Assembly: GCA_965220725.1 (NCBI GenBank)
Contig: OZ244840.1
Coordinates: forward strand, 1,152,548-1,216,547
Source: Arenicellales bacterium
GTDB taxonomy: Bacteria; Pseudomonadota; Gammaproteobacteria; Arenicellales; JAJDZL01
Length of the DNA stretch: 64,000 bases
Direction of reading: 5' to 3'
Shown piece after piece: positions 51,201 to 57,114 of this stretch. Position 1 is the stretch's first letter, and every line of letters starts with the position of its first letter. The notes below the pieces were generated by a model, which made no database searches, had not been told where the DNA came from, and saw nothing but the letters and a program-made list of their open reading frames with translations. Made by a program: the position numbers and the translations under genes.

Positions 51201-51201
51201 A
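39217..51201 (+). CDS. Giant (3994 aa) RTX / beta-roll modular calcium-binding protein, probable T1SS substrate (adhesin-like)
   Basis: It carries hundreds of GGxGxD nonapeptides. About 20 tandem modules each combine a nonapeptide run with an HCBP_related-like unit: Y(V/I)(Y/F)xRGDGQDTI...GTDTLxFGxGIxLSDIVLSRSGDDLVIxLRD...DALSGDSITVxGWSDxxNRIExLxFADGxxLDIS. The C-terminus is acidic and Cys-free. Confidence 0.9.
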   Translation: MDNSNIRRRIRNSNQTNHPETNSSAFSELLQKISGNIPDPHTYNMAVHLSSLDRVLPDDVGHGLPVVVDMDGDGIELAGLDESLTTFDFDDDGYLERTAWTTGDDALLVFDVGGDGEVTQAKEIAFAQWTDADDTDLEALAAQFDSNSDGVLDDNDTQWNGFRLWQDLDRDGAVDAGEMVTLDAAGIESIGLNVRAGSGQVMSDGTVIHGLVDVHHTDGTVTDGADASLAYDTAGYRSYEDDDGNIVHEFEDADVQTIRRLGETEVDFDLGGDTGNWAGAQGNALANHLDGSGRTGTVVLSGGGGDDTLSGGSGDDYLIGGEGADRLEGGDGSDVLYVDAADLGVADGVDAGGGYDLLIMTDSTALDLDVDDLDVEAVLASAGDDVISGSRDDVGYFLFGGAGNDTLTGGGGNDSLHGGDGVDTLAGGDGDDLLIGGAGNDVLQGGAGNDTYVYVRGDGQDRILDDAADGDGGSDTLQFGGGITLSDIVLSHSITNDPSSIEDMVVYLRDADNPDALGEKVITIVGGWGWSGSGNRIESLAFADGSWLDISTLKFGLRVTDGSNSLLGTGDGDFISGSGGADTLNGGGGDDVILGGEGDDLLISGGAGNDRLYGEGGNDTIQGGQGNDILIGGKDNDTLAGGAEGDTYVFNRGDGQDTIEENAGQGGGTDTLQFGAGISLSDIVLSHSEPGLVITLRDADDEDALSADAITVSEWSDSDSRIEILSFADGSRLDISGLKSVWHGTDLANTPSATEEGDFLSGGGGDDTLNGLGGDDVLIGGSGDDDLHGGSGNDTLVGDSGDDDLLGGAGDDTYVYVWGDGQDTIVDHAPGGGGTDTLRFGTGITLSDIVLGQGFSLRNGAFLVDMTIHLRGLDDADTLEKAVTIAGGWGRFATGYRIETLAFADGSTLDISALNRAMHGLEGVNTLEGESGNDFLSGGGGNDTLDGGGGDDVLLGGGGDDTYRYARGDGQDMIVDRAPRGDRNGGIDTLEFGTDIALSDIVLSRSGDDLVISLRDRTDPDALSGDSITVSGWSDLGNRIESLVLDDGGILDISGVDNGLHSLGGGDDLTGSDGNDFLSGGGGNDTLEGGAGDDFLVGGTGNDVLTGGGGDDVYLFNRGDGHDTIAEQPAGDAGTDTLRFGAGIAVSDIVLARSGDDMVISLRDATDSTKLSGDSITVTDWLDANNRISYLSFADGTRLDVGGILRGLHGLAGDDTVSGPAGSTDGYFLSGGEGDDTLTGQGGDDLIISGEDNDTLAGGEGADVLYGGAGNDSYEFARGDGQDMIVDRAEQEDIEGGADEVRFKTGIAVSDIVLGRSGDDLVITLRDGTDAGALSADAVTVSGWSDADNRIETLFFADNRRLDISGVEYGRHGLDGDDQVTGSAGNDFLSGGDGDDILRGGAGDDVLVGGLGDDVYIFNRGDGRDTVAAQSAQDTGTDTLRFGAGIAVSDIVLARSGDDLVISVRDAQDADALSGDSVTVIGWSDAANRIGYLAFDDGTRIDISNISKAQHGLADDNTLTGTTEVEFLSGGAGNDTLEGDGGGDVIIGGAGDDTLDGGGGDDDLHGGAGDDTYVYARGSGHDRILDHAVQGDGGTDMIKFGTGIALSDIVLAHSPSTSIHSSGYEDMTIHLRDANSADTVDAKSITIVGGWSGSGNRIEVLAFADGTRVDISNLRYGWHGTGGVDVRDGIDDGGDFLSGGGGVDTLNGLGGDDLILGGAGDDVIGGGAGGDRLYGEGGADDLAGGLGADYLYGGDGKDRLAGGGGDDLLTGGGGDDDLRGGEGDDTYIHARGDGHDTIEDHTAHADGGSDTLEFGTGIDLSDIVLVHGQAQEDMVIHLRAADDPDVLSAKAITIVGGWGGFGSGNRIEYLAFADGSRLDISRLERGWHGTGGVDAKDGTALGDFLSGGGGKDTLDGKGGDDVILGGEGDDTMISGGAGNDRLYGESGNDKLFGGASDDILTGGSGNDELYGGGGDDTYVYSRGDGQDTIEDHAPHGGGQDDGTDTLEFGVGISLSDIVLGHGIAMEDMTVRLRGADDLDALSDTVITIVGGWGLTDSARRIEYLAFADGTRVDISGLKHGWHGDGGNNVSNGDDDEGDFLSGGGGNDILNGRGGRDVILGGEGNDTLSGGWGADLLLGGAGNDTLTGGQGADLLLGDAGSDTYVYNRGDGQDTIVDQAAQAGGTDKLKFGTGIALSDIVLSHSGDDLVIALRDGTDANTLSGDAITVTGWSDTTNRIETLSFDGGSELDVSGVENGWYGLDGDNLLEGSDGNDFLSGGGGDDTLDGGAGDDYLMGSAGDDVYIFNRGDGQDVILEHSERDIGTDTLEFGTEIALSDIVLSRSGNDMVIALRDEDDADALSGDSVTVIGWSDPANRIGYLSFADGSILDISGLVNGWFGLSGSDTLIGSDARDFFSGGEGDDTYVYNRGDGQDTIVDQATQDAGLDGGIDALEFGAGIAVSDIVISHSGDDMIITLRDGTDADVLSGDSITIKGWKNPENRIETLSFDDGSKLDISDVENGWHGLGGDNLLAGSDGNDFLSGGGGSDTLDGGEGDDFLMGGPGDDFYIFNRGDGKDTILKHSAQDIGTDTIEFGAGIALSDIVLSRSGEDMVIALRDVDDADALSEDSITIKGWKDLENRIRYLFFNDGSSLDVSSLVNGWYGLGGDDEIVGSNERDFLSGGEGDDTYVYNRSDGQDTIVDQATQDTGLDGGIDTLKFGVGIALSDIVLDRSGDDMIITLRNDVDADALSGDSITIKGWKNPENRIETLSFDDGSNLDISDVENGWHGLGGDNLLAGSDGNDFLSGGGGSDTLDGGEGDDFLMGGPGDDFYIFNRGDGKDTILKHSAQDIGTDTIEFGAGITLSDIVLSRSGDDMVIALRDADDADALSEDSITIKGWKDSGNRIGYLSFDDGVRIDVGHILLAQHGLDEDDLLNGSSVGDYLSGGGGHDTLNGGAGDDVLVGGEGNDTYVYFRGDGQDVILDQADEWKDTLKFGDGISISDIVLSRSGNDMKIILREKDDSDALSEDVITVIGWSESENRIEFLSFASGYQLRVSYLLHGQYGLGGGKELNGSDENDFLSGGSGNDTLNGGTGSDFLSGGSGNDTLNGGTGSDEIVGGEGDDTIDGGAGNDYYTYYRGDGQDTILDQAGEFDSLRFGAGIELVDIVLSRSGNDMVIALRDEDDTDALSGESITVFGWSHSANRIEALVFADGTRLGVANISKGQYGFSGVDTLNGSATDDFLSGGGGNDTLYGSGGNDVVMGGEGNDEIYGGDGNDELIGSEGDDEIYGGDGNDRLFGGSGNDLLHGGADYDIYYYYRGDGQDTIVEQAGNDKLMFGTGITLNDIVLSRSGLDMVIALRSEDDADVLSGDTITVTGWSNSNHRIGILDFESYEHPFQNIRSLTSQIKHRLYVRENFQISQITEGQYGLGGDDTLNGSGEGDFLSGGGGIDTLNGGGGDDMVFGGGGDDILNGGAGGDLILGGEGIDTVYGGEGNDRLAGDGGNDRLYGGAGNDEIIGGEGNDTVYGGEGNDRMTGGDGNDYLNGGDGHDGIHGGEGNDRLIGGGGNDYLHGHSGNDILDGGDGNDTLFGGGGGGNDRIDGGAGDDKLYGSGTLNGGSGDDYLSGGGRLNGGPGDDVISSGSGNDIYIFNRGDGHDTLWDSGSETVGTNLTEPEGDKLLFGADIKIEDLILQRVGDDLMIYLCDRNDPNKMLNQLDDSIRVVNWVNSNYRIENLQFLDEKVFSIADVVNTRLGQDVLGEDSATPVDDLLIGSAFGDWLDGQGGVDHLYGGGERDFLFGRSGNDRLYGEGGDDYLSGGLGNDELFGGSGNDELTGGGGADQFDGGDGDDVIVGDAGNDTYTASAGEDIYQFGYGDGNDTYKGSASTGIKGTDTFVMEDDVAKEALWFERNGDDLVMRLLSTEDSVTFENWYNGTQLNSHIKAFQVGDEVLNFNAVDSLISAMAAFVPNDGVTDVGVTADDLPESVQLAVNSAWQTG
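46450..47925 (+). repeat. Tandem duplication of a 792-bp two-module unit inside the giant gene
   Basis: gatttt(t/c)tctctggcggtgagggtgatgacacctacgtttacaaccg begins at 46450 and again at 47242. About 46690-47010 and 47482-47802 are almost identical. Copy 2 diverges after ~47925. Confidence 0.85.
48445..48552 (+). repeat. 54-bp tandem duplication (DFLSGGSGNDTLNGGTGS x2)
   Basis: 48445-48498 versus 48499-48552 differ at 2 positions. Confidence 0.9.
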
Positions 51202-51487
51202 AGTCCGGTAGTCAGTGTCGCAAGATGTCAGTGAACATTAAGGCTCCTCAAAATTACAAGCAAAAGATTCCTCATGTTTCTAAGTCTGAAATCAGCACTG
51301 GAATTGTGCCCGGTTTTCGACCAAACACCGAAGCTAGTTGAGAGTAATCTATCTAGTTAACTCTGAGTAATACTATATTTCCGTACAATATATTGATATT
51401 ATTGTGAATATCGTATGGTAAATGTGTTCTGAAATTGCAAGGTTTGCTATAGTGCAACTCAGATTGCTTGCATTTTCGGATAGAAAA

Positions 51488-52758
51488 ATGAAGCCTCAAC
51501 ATCCAGATTTCAGCCACGAACATGATCTTTTCCGCCACCGCGTTGAGAACATCATCAACCTGCGTCACCAATTGTGCCGTCTGGGCTCGGTCATTGATTG
51601 GTCGGTGTTCGGTGAGCACTTCGGTGCACTGTACAGCCCCGACAAGGGCTGTCCGGGCAAGCCCACCCGGCTGATGGTGGGTTTGTTGATGCTCAAGCAG
51701 ATATATAAACTGTCTGACGAGGCGGTGGTGGCGCGCTGGATGGAGAATCCATACTGGCAGCATTTTTGCGGTGAAGAACATTTCTGTCACGATCGGATGG
51801 TTGATCCGAGCAGCCTGACGCGGTTTCGCAAACGCATCGGCGAGTCGGGCTGTGAGTTGATATTTCAATAGACGATTGAGGTCCGCATAGCCACCGGAAC
51901 TGTGCGCAAGGCGCATCTGAAGCGGACAACCGTGGACACCACGGTACAGGATCAGGCGGTGAGTTACCCGACCGACAGCGAGTTGCTGATCAGATCGCGC
52001 AAGAGACTGGTCAAACTGTGCCGACAGCATAAGGTTGGGTTGCGCCAGTGTTATGCGAAAACGGGCCCGAAGGCGGTGATCAAATCGAACCGTTGTGCGC
52101 ATGCCAGGCAGTTCAGGCAAATGCATCGCGAAATCCGGAGACTGAACACGATTCTGGGTCGGTTGGTGCGCGACATCGAGCGGCGGAACGCTTCGGATGT
52201 GGAGCTTCGCAAAGTACTCGAATCGGAACTGACGATGACGAAGCGTCTTCTGGCGCAGAAACGACACGACAGCAACAAGCTGTACAGCCTACATGCGCCC
52301 GAAGTGGAGTGCATTACCAAGGGCAATGTTATGAGTTCGGCGTGAAGGTGAGAATCACGGTGATCAACCTCAGCACTTTCGTGATGGGTGCGATGGCCCT
52401 GCCGGACAATCCGTTTAACGGCCATACGCTGAAGCCGGCGCTGGAACAGGTGCGACGGCTCACTAGCAGCGGAATAGTCGAGGTGTTTGTGGATCGCGGA
52501 TACCGCAGACACTAGGAGACCGAAAGTGCAGTCCTCATCGCCGGCCAGAGGCGGTGGATGACGGATCGTCTCAAACATTATCTGAAACGCCGCCATGCGA
52601 TCGAACCAGTAATCGGGCACCACAAGAGTGACGGGTTGCTGGATCGCAGCTACCTCAAAGGCGAAGTGGGCGATAAGATGAATGTGGTGCTCAGCGCTGT
52701 TAGACAAAACCTGCGATTGATCCTGACGCGCTTGCGCTTTATTGTCTCGAACTATTGA
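51488..52758 (+). mobile_element. IS5-family insertion sequence, transposase gene inactivated (2 in-frame TAG + 1 frameshift); element ends not defined
   Basis: The fragments read, in order:
- MKPQHPDFSHEHDLFRHRVENIINLRHQL...GKPTRLMVGLLMLKQIYKLSDEAVVARWMENPYWQHFCGEE
- TTVDTTVQDQAVSYPTDSELL
- KLYSLHAPEVECITKG / YEFGVKV
- VDRGYRRH
- KRRHAIEPVIGHHKSDG. Confidence 0.85.
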
Positions 52759-53137
52759 ATCGTTTTCAGGCCTCAATGGCGCAATCTGAAGGGTACATAC
52801 CTAGTCGGAATTCAATCCGAATGGACGGCTTCTCGTGCCGACATCGGCGTCAAAGCTACCGCTTGCGGCGTCCCCGACAGCATCAGAAAGGGATTTTTTC
52901 GGGCCTGATTAATTCGTTACTGTAAAAAGCTGGTGTTGAACTCTGAAAAGTGTTGCTGTAAAGACTTTCACTGTGAATCCGCTCGTTTCCTCCGAATTCG
53001 GTTCATCTGTGCAAGATCTCCCTATCCGGTACATGGTCTTCAATTTCCACATCAGGATCAACGATGCAGGCTTTAAGTGACGAATAGCACCTAGACGAGG
53101 GAATCACTGCAAGGCGCGTGACGAGAAAACCGAATCT

Positions 53138-55192
53138 TCAGAACGCAAAGCTTAACGCCGCGGCAACACCGACATCAGTGTCAGCAGAGCGGATGTGTCC
53201 GGGATGACGGGTGGTGTAAATCCCAAACCCGGATGACAGGTTGTTGGCATGCCTGACCCGAACAAGGGCGGAGGCTGTAATCTCGCGACCACTGGGTTTC
53301 AAGTCAGCAGTCAGTGCACTGTACAACACCCGGCGGTCCGGAGTACGGGCGCTTGGATACCGAAGAGACACCTTTCCGCTCTCGACACGAAGCGGCTGGG
53401 ACAGGCTGAATTCCATGTCGAAATCTGCCAGCTGCCGGGATGCCTTGATGTTGAATCCGGTCGAGACCAGCGGCGAGGAGTATCGAACCAGCGTGCCTGA
53501 ATTGTCAGGGTCTGTTATGCCCAGCGTTGCGGTAGCGGAGAGGTCCCAGCCACGGAATTGCTGGTCGGCGTTGATGTCAAGATAAACCGTCTTGGAATCG
53601 GTGTCGCCAAATGCACCGGAGGTCTTCATACCCAGTGTTGACTCCTGCTCCAGGATCAACCCGGGTGAAAGTTGCAGCCTTGCCTTGCCAGGAAGTCTGA
53701 ATGGTGTAGCCGCAGCGAGGCCGAACGCGGTCTCGGACCCAAACGTACGCAGGCTGTCTGTCCCAAGCGGAGTCGGTTGGAGTCCAACCCAGTAAGCGTG
53801 TCCATCAGGCGGTTCCTGGCGGACATGTGTCATGCCCCCCAACAAGTTTCTTAAGAAGTGTCCAGCCTGGTTTTGACGGGAAGGTTCGAGTACAAATGTG
53901 TCGAGCGAACTATAAAATGGTGCTCCCAGCTCATCAAGAATCATCAGGTGATGACCGGAAAACCCGCGAGCGAGCGAATCGCCGAAATACCCAGGCGGAC
54001 GGATTGAGGAGACAGCGACAGGATACGAGCTGCCGACCACTGAATCCCTGCCTGGAATACTGCCTGGGCCGACAGGACTCGTAGCTGCTTCAAGGTCGAG
54101 GAGCCCATTTCCGTACGTCTCTTTGTCAGTGTAGTCGATAACTATTTTATTCACTTCCTTGCTCTGAGCCGCTGTGGTCTTGATTCTAGTTACCAACTCG
54201 TCGTTACCGAGGTCCGGAAATGCCTGTTTCATAACAGCAAAGGCTGCGCTGGCGATGGCTGCTCCCATTGATGTACCCGATTCGAGATCATCAATGGTGC
54301 CTGGAATTACATATGCGGAGCTTGGCACCGCAATACAGTAATCCTTTGCGGCACCGCATCTTGCTGACCTATCTAAGATCGTACCTACAGAGTTGACCGC
54401 CACGACAGTAAGGAAATGTGAATTCAGATCAGGCCAACGAACGCCCATATAGGCTTTGCCTACAGGATCGCTGGTGCTCTCATTTCCTGCGGCAAATATC
54501 CAAATGGTACGGTTCGCTGCATCAGTACCGGATTGCCGGAGTGCCGGCAGAATACCATCTTCTGTCAATGCAGTTTCGAGTGTCGAAGTTTGCTTGGAAG
54601 TATCCGGTATATCCTTGTATGTGCTGACCCTGAATGCAACGTAGGCTACCGGAACCTTGCCATTCAGGAAATTTATGGCCTGGGCAAATCTGCTCTTGCC
54701 AGTTTTAAAATTTTCATTGTCAAGAATCTCGGCATTCCAAGCAGACACGAACATCAGGTTTGCATCGTACGCGATGCCGTGTATACCGCTGCCGTCGCGT
54801 CTTGCAACTGCAGCGAGGGCTGTTGACCGCGCATGATCTGCCCAATCGTCTTCGTCGATTTTTTCATCTTTTATCCGGGTGGAATCACCCACAGCGTATT
54901 TATTATCGACCAATTTGCCTGTCAGTTCGGAGTCTGTGGCAATGGCAACCTCATAGGAGCCGATGGTCACCCCTGCACCGGTATAGCCGCGGCTGTAGGC
55001 TTGTGGTGCTTCGAGCAACGACAGTGTCAGCGTTCTATTGCGTTCATCGGCAAGTGCAGCGGAACTGGGCCCCGTGTTGGTTGGGCCACCACCACTTCCA
55101 CCACTGCTGCTGCCACCACCGCCGCCGCCGCCGCCACACCCAGCGATTGCGAACGCCAGGCAGACGCAGAACAACGCCGTAATCGGCTTCAT
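53138..55192 (-). CDS. Lipoprotein subtilisin-like (S8) serine protease with C-terminal autotransporter beta-barrel (NalP/SphB1-like)
   Basis: ATG 55192 gives MKPITALFCVCLAFAIAGC (lipobox), followed by a Gly/Ser linker. S8 motifs are DHARSTA (His), FAAGNEST (Asn) and SGTSMGAAIASAAF (Ser). The last ~270 aa have an alternating beta-strand pattern ending ...AALSFAF. Confidence 0.8.
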   Translation of the reverse strand: MKPITALFCVCLAFAIAGCGGGGGGGGSSSGGSGGGPTNTGPSSAALADERNRTLTLSLLEAPQAYSRGYTGAGVTIGSYEVAIATDSELTGKLVDNKYAVGDSTRIKDEKIDEDDWADHARSTALAAVARRDGSGIHGIAYDANLMFVSAWNAEILDNENFKTGKSRFAQAINFLNGKVPVAYVAFRVSTYKDIPDTSKQTSTLETALTEDGILPALRQSGTDAANRTIWIFAAGNESTSDPVGKAYMGVRWPDLNSHFLTVVAVNSVGTILDRSARCGAAKDYCIAVPSSAYVIPGTIDDLESGTSMGAAIASAAFAVMKQAFPDLGNDELVTRIKTTAAQSKEVNKIVIDYTDKETYGNGLLDLEAATSPVGPGSIPGRDSVVGSSYPVAVSSIRPPGYFGDSLARGFSGHHLMILDELGAPFYSSLDTFVLEPSRQNQAGHFLRNLLGGMTHVRQEPPDGHAYWVGLQPTPLGTDSLRTFGSETAFGLAAATPFRLPGKARLQLSPGLILEQESTLGMKTSGAFGDTDSKTVYLDINADQQFRGWDLSATATLGITDPDNSGTLVRYSSPLVSTGFNIKASRQLADFDMEFSLSQPLRVESGKVSLRYPSARTPDRRVLYSALTADLKPSGREITASALVRVRHANNLSSGFGIYTTRHPGHIRSADTDVGVAAALSFAF

Positions 55193-55837
55193 TCCCGAAC
55201 TGAAACAACTCGAAAAAATACCGATCGCGAGATAACTTCGGCAACGGGTTTCACGACGATCTGAACAGATCACGCATCCTTTATTCACTGTGCAACCTCC
55301 AAATGTAATGCCTTCAATTCAACCACTTTGTCGACTTGCACAACGCAAGCCATACCGCTCTTGTGATGATTCCATCCGGCAAAATACCATAAATACCATA
55401 CTCTTATTTTAATTGTTGAAAACCAGTCACTGATTTTTCGAAACGGCTATTGTAAACCAGCACATTCGGATTTACGGCACACCTGATCCACGAACCAAAC
55501 AAAATCATCCGAACAAGAGAGTGTCAATCCAGTTCGAGCACACATGCCGGGGCAGACTGTCGAACCGACCACACCGACCTGCTTGGCAAAGCAACAGCGG
55601 TCCACACCTGACGCGCGCCAGATTCTGATTCGCACGCCCATCCGATTTCGGAACAGCAAAGACAGTTTTGTCGTTGTCCCTGCACCGCCAATATCGGAAA
55701 ATAACCAGATGTCCCATCAACTTTGCGATCTATTGCAATCCATCTGCAGAGGAGATGCGTGTCATAGCGCGTTCATTCGACACAGAAATTTGTACAATTG
55801 CAGTTTCATTTTCGAAAACAAGTCAAGTACATGAATC

Positions 55838-57091
55838 ATGGGAGAAGCGATGAGCGGATCAATGATCAAAATAAACGCCTCAGATGGCGGCGAGTTCGAT
55901 GCCTACCTGGCAACGCCGGCACAAGGCTCTGGACCCGGCCTGATTCTGTTGCAGGAGATATTCGGTATCAACCAATTTCTCCAGGACATGGCGGATAACT
56001 TTGCCGAGGAAGGATATGTGGTTTTGGTGCCGGACCTGTTCTGGCGCATGCAACCCGGTGTGAATCTCAGTTACAGCGAAGAGGATTTCGGCAAGGCGTT
56101 CGGATTCTATCAGCAGTTTGATGTCGACCAGGGCATCAAGGACGTCGGTGATACCGTAGCGGCACTCCGGTCCATGGATCGATGTGTCGGCGGAGTCGGC
56201 GCCTTGGGCTACTGCCTGGGCGGAAATCTCGCCTATCTGACTGCTGCACGGACCGATGTGGATTGCGCAATCTCCTATTACGGGGTTGCGATCGAAGCAT
56301 CGCTCGGTGAAGCGGCCAACATCACCTGCCCGATGGTCATGCATTTCGCTTCCGACGATCAGTTTGTTCCGCCGGAGGCGGTCGATACCATCCGAAGCAC
56401 ATTTGAGGACCGGTCGGACGTGGAGATCTATTACTACCAGGGTGTCAACCATGCATTCGCCACCCCGGGACGCGACAGTTACCACAAGCCATCGACCATG
56501 ATGGCCTATACGCGAAGCATCGCGCTGTTGCGCAGCACCATCGGACCGATCTACGATCTCAGCCAGCTGTGGGACAAGCACTGTGAGTACGAGTTTGCGG
56601 CACGCGACGTTCCCGCCACCATGAACACCATGGTGGATCATCCCTACGTCAATCACATTCCGACCATGACCGGTGGTGTCGGCAGTCAGCAGCTCAGCCG
56701 CTTTTACAAACACCATTTCGTCGATGCCAATCCCGAGGACACCAAACTGATTCCGATCTCCCGTACAGTCGGCGCGGACCGGCTGGTTGACGAGATGCTG
56801 TTTTGCTTCACGCATGATTGTGAGATCGACTGGATGTTGCCGGGTATCGCACCGACCGGAAAATACGTCGAGATTCCGCTGGTGGCGATCGTCAATTTCC
56901 GCGGTGACAAACTCTGTCACGAGCACATTTACTGGGATCAGGCTTCGGTACTGGTGCAGATCGGTGTGTTGGACCCGGATGGGTTGCCTGTCGCCGGGCA
57001 GGATACCGCTCGCAAACTGATAGATGAGACACTGCCTTCAAACACGCTGATGGCGAATTGGGCCACAAGCGAAGGCAAACCAATTGATTGA
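55838..57091 (+). CDS. Dienelactone hydrolase-family domain fused to a C-terminal NTF2/SnoaL-like domain
   Basis: DLH motifs are GPGLILLQEIFGIN, ALGYCLGG (nucleophile Cys), and DD...H (FASDDQFV, GVNHAF). The C-terminal ~170 aa (WDKHCEYEF...HEHIYWDQASVL) resemble an NTF2-like fold. An alternative start exists at 55850. Confidence 0.65.
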   Translation: MGEAMSGSMIKINASDGGEFDAYLATPAQGSGPGLILLQEIFGINQFLQDMADNFAEEGYVVLVPDLFWRMQPGVNLSYSEEDFGKAFGFYQQFDVDQGIKDVGDTVAALRSMDRCVGGVGALGYCLGGNLAYLTAARTDVDCAISYYGVAIEASLGEAANITCPMVMHFASDDQFVPPEAVDTIRSTFEDRSDVEIYYYQGVNHAFATPGRDSYHKPSTMMAYTRSIALLRSTIGPIYDLSQLWDKHCEYEFAARDVPATMNTMVDHPYVNHIPTMTGGVGSQQLSRFYKHHFVDANPEDTKLIPISRTVGADRLVDEMLFCFTHDCEIDWMLPGIAPTGKYVEIPLVAIVNFRGDKLCHEHIYWDQASVLVQIGVLDPDGLPVAGQDTARKLIDETLPSNTLMANWATSEGKPID

Positions 57092-57114
57092 AAACGAGGA
57101 GGAGTAAGTCAAAA

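Noticed and set aside
39217-51201. Regular DNA periodicity that could be mistaken for a CRISPR or other non-coding repeat array.
   Set aside because: The periodicity is 27 nt (nonapeptide) and ~400-450 nt (module) within one continuous ORF. There is no repeat-spacer structure and no cas genes.
51353-52776. Minus-strand ORFs of 304 aa and 241 aa across the IS element.
   Set aside because: They are antisense to clearly recognisable IS5-family transposase fragments. Their translations are Arg/His-rich and carry no family signature.
51359-52946. An 8-nt direct match AACTCTGA at 51359-51366 and 52939-52946 as a possible target-site duplication of the IS.
   Set aside because: I could not find terminal inverted repeats adjacent to either copy. 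An 8-mer match between two ~150-nt flanks is not unlikely by chance. The IS boundaries are therefore left undefined.
51202-55288. Type I secretion genes (ABC/MFP/TolC) expected next to an RTX substrate.
   Set aside because: They are not present. The flanks contain only the dead IS and the autotransporter protease, so the absence is reported instead.
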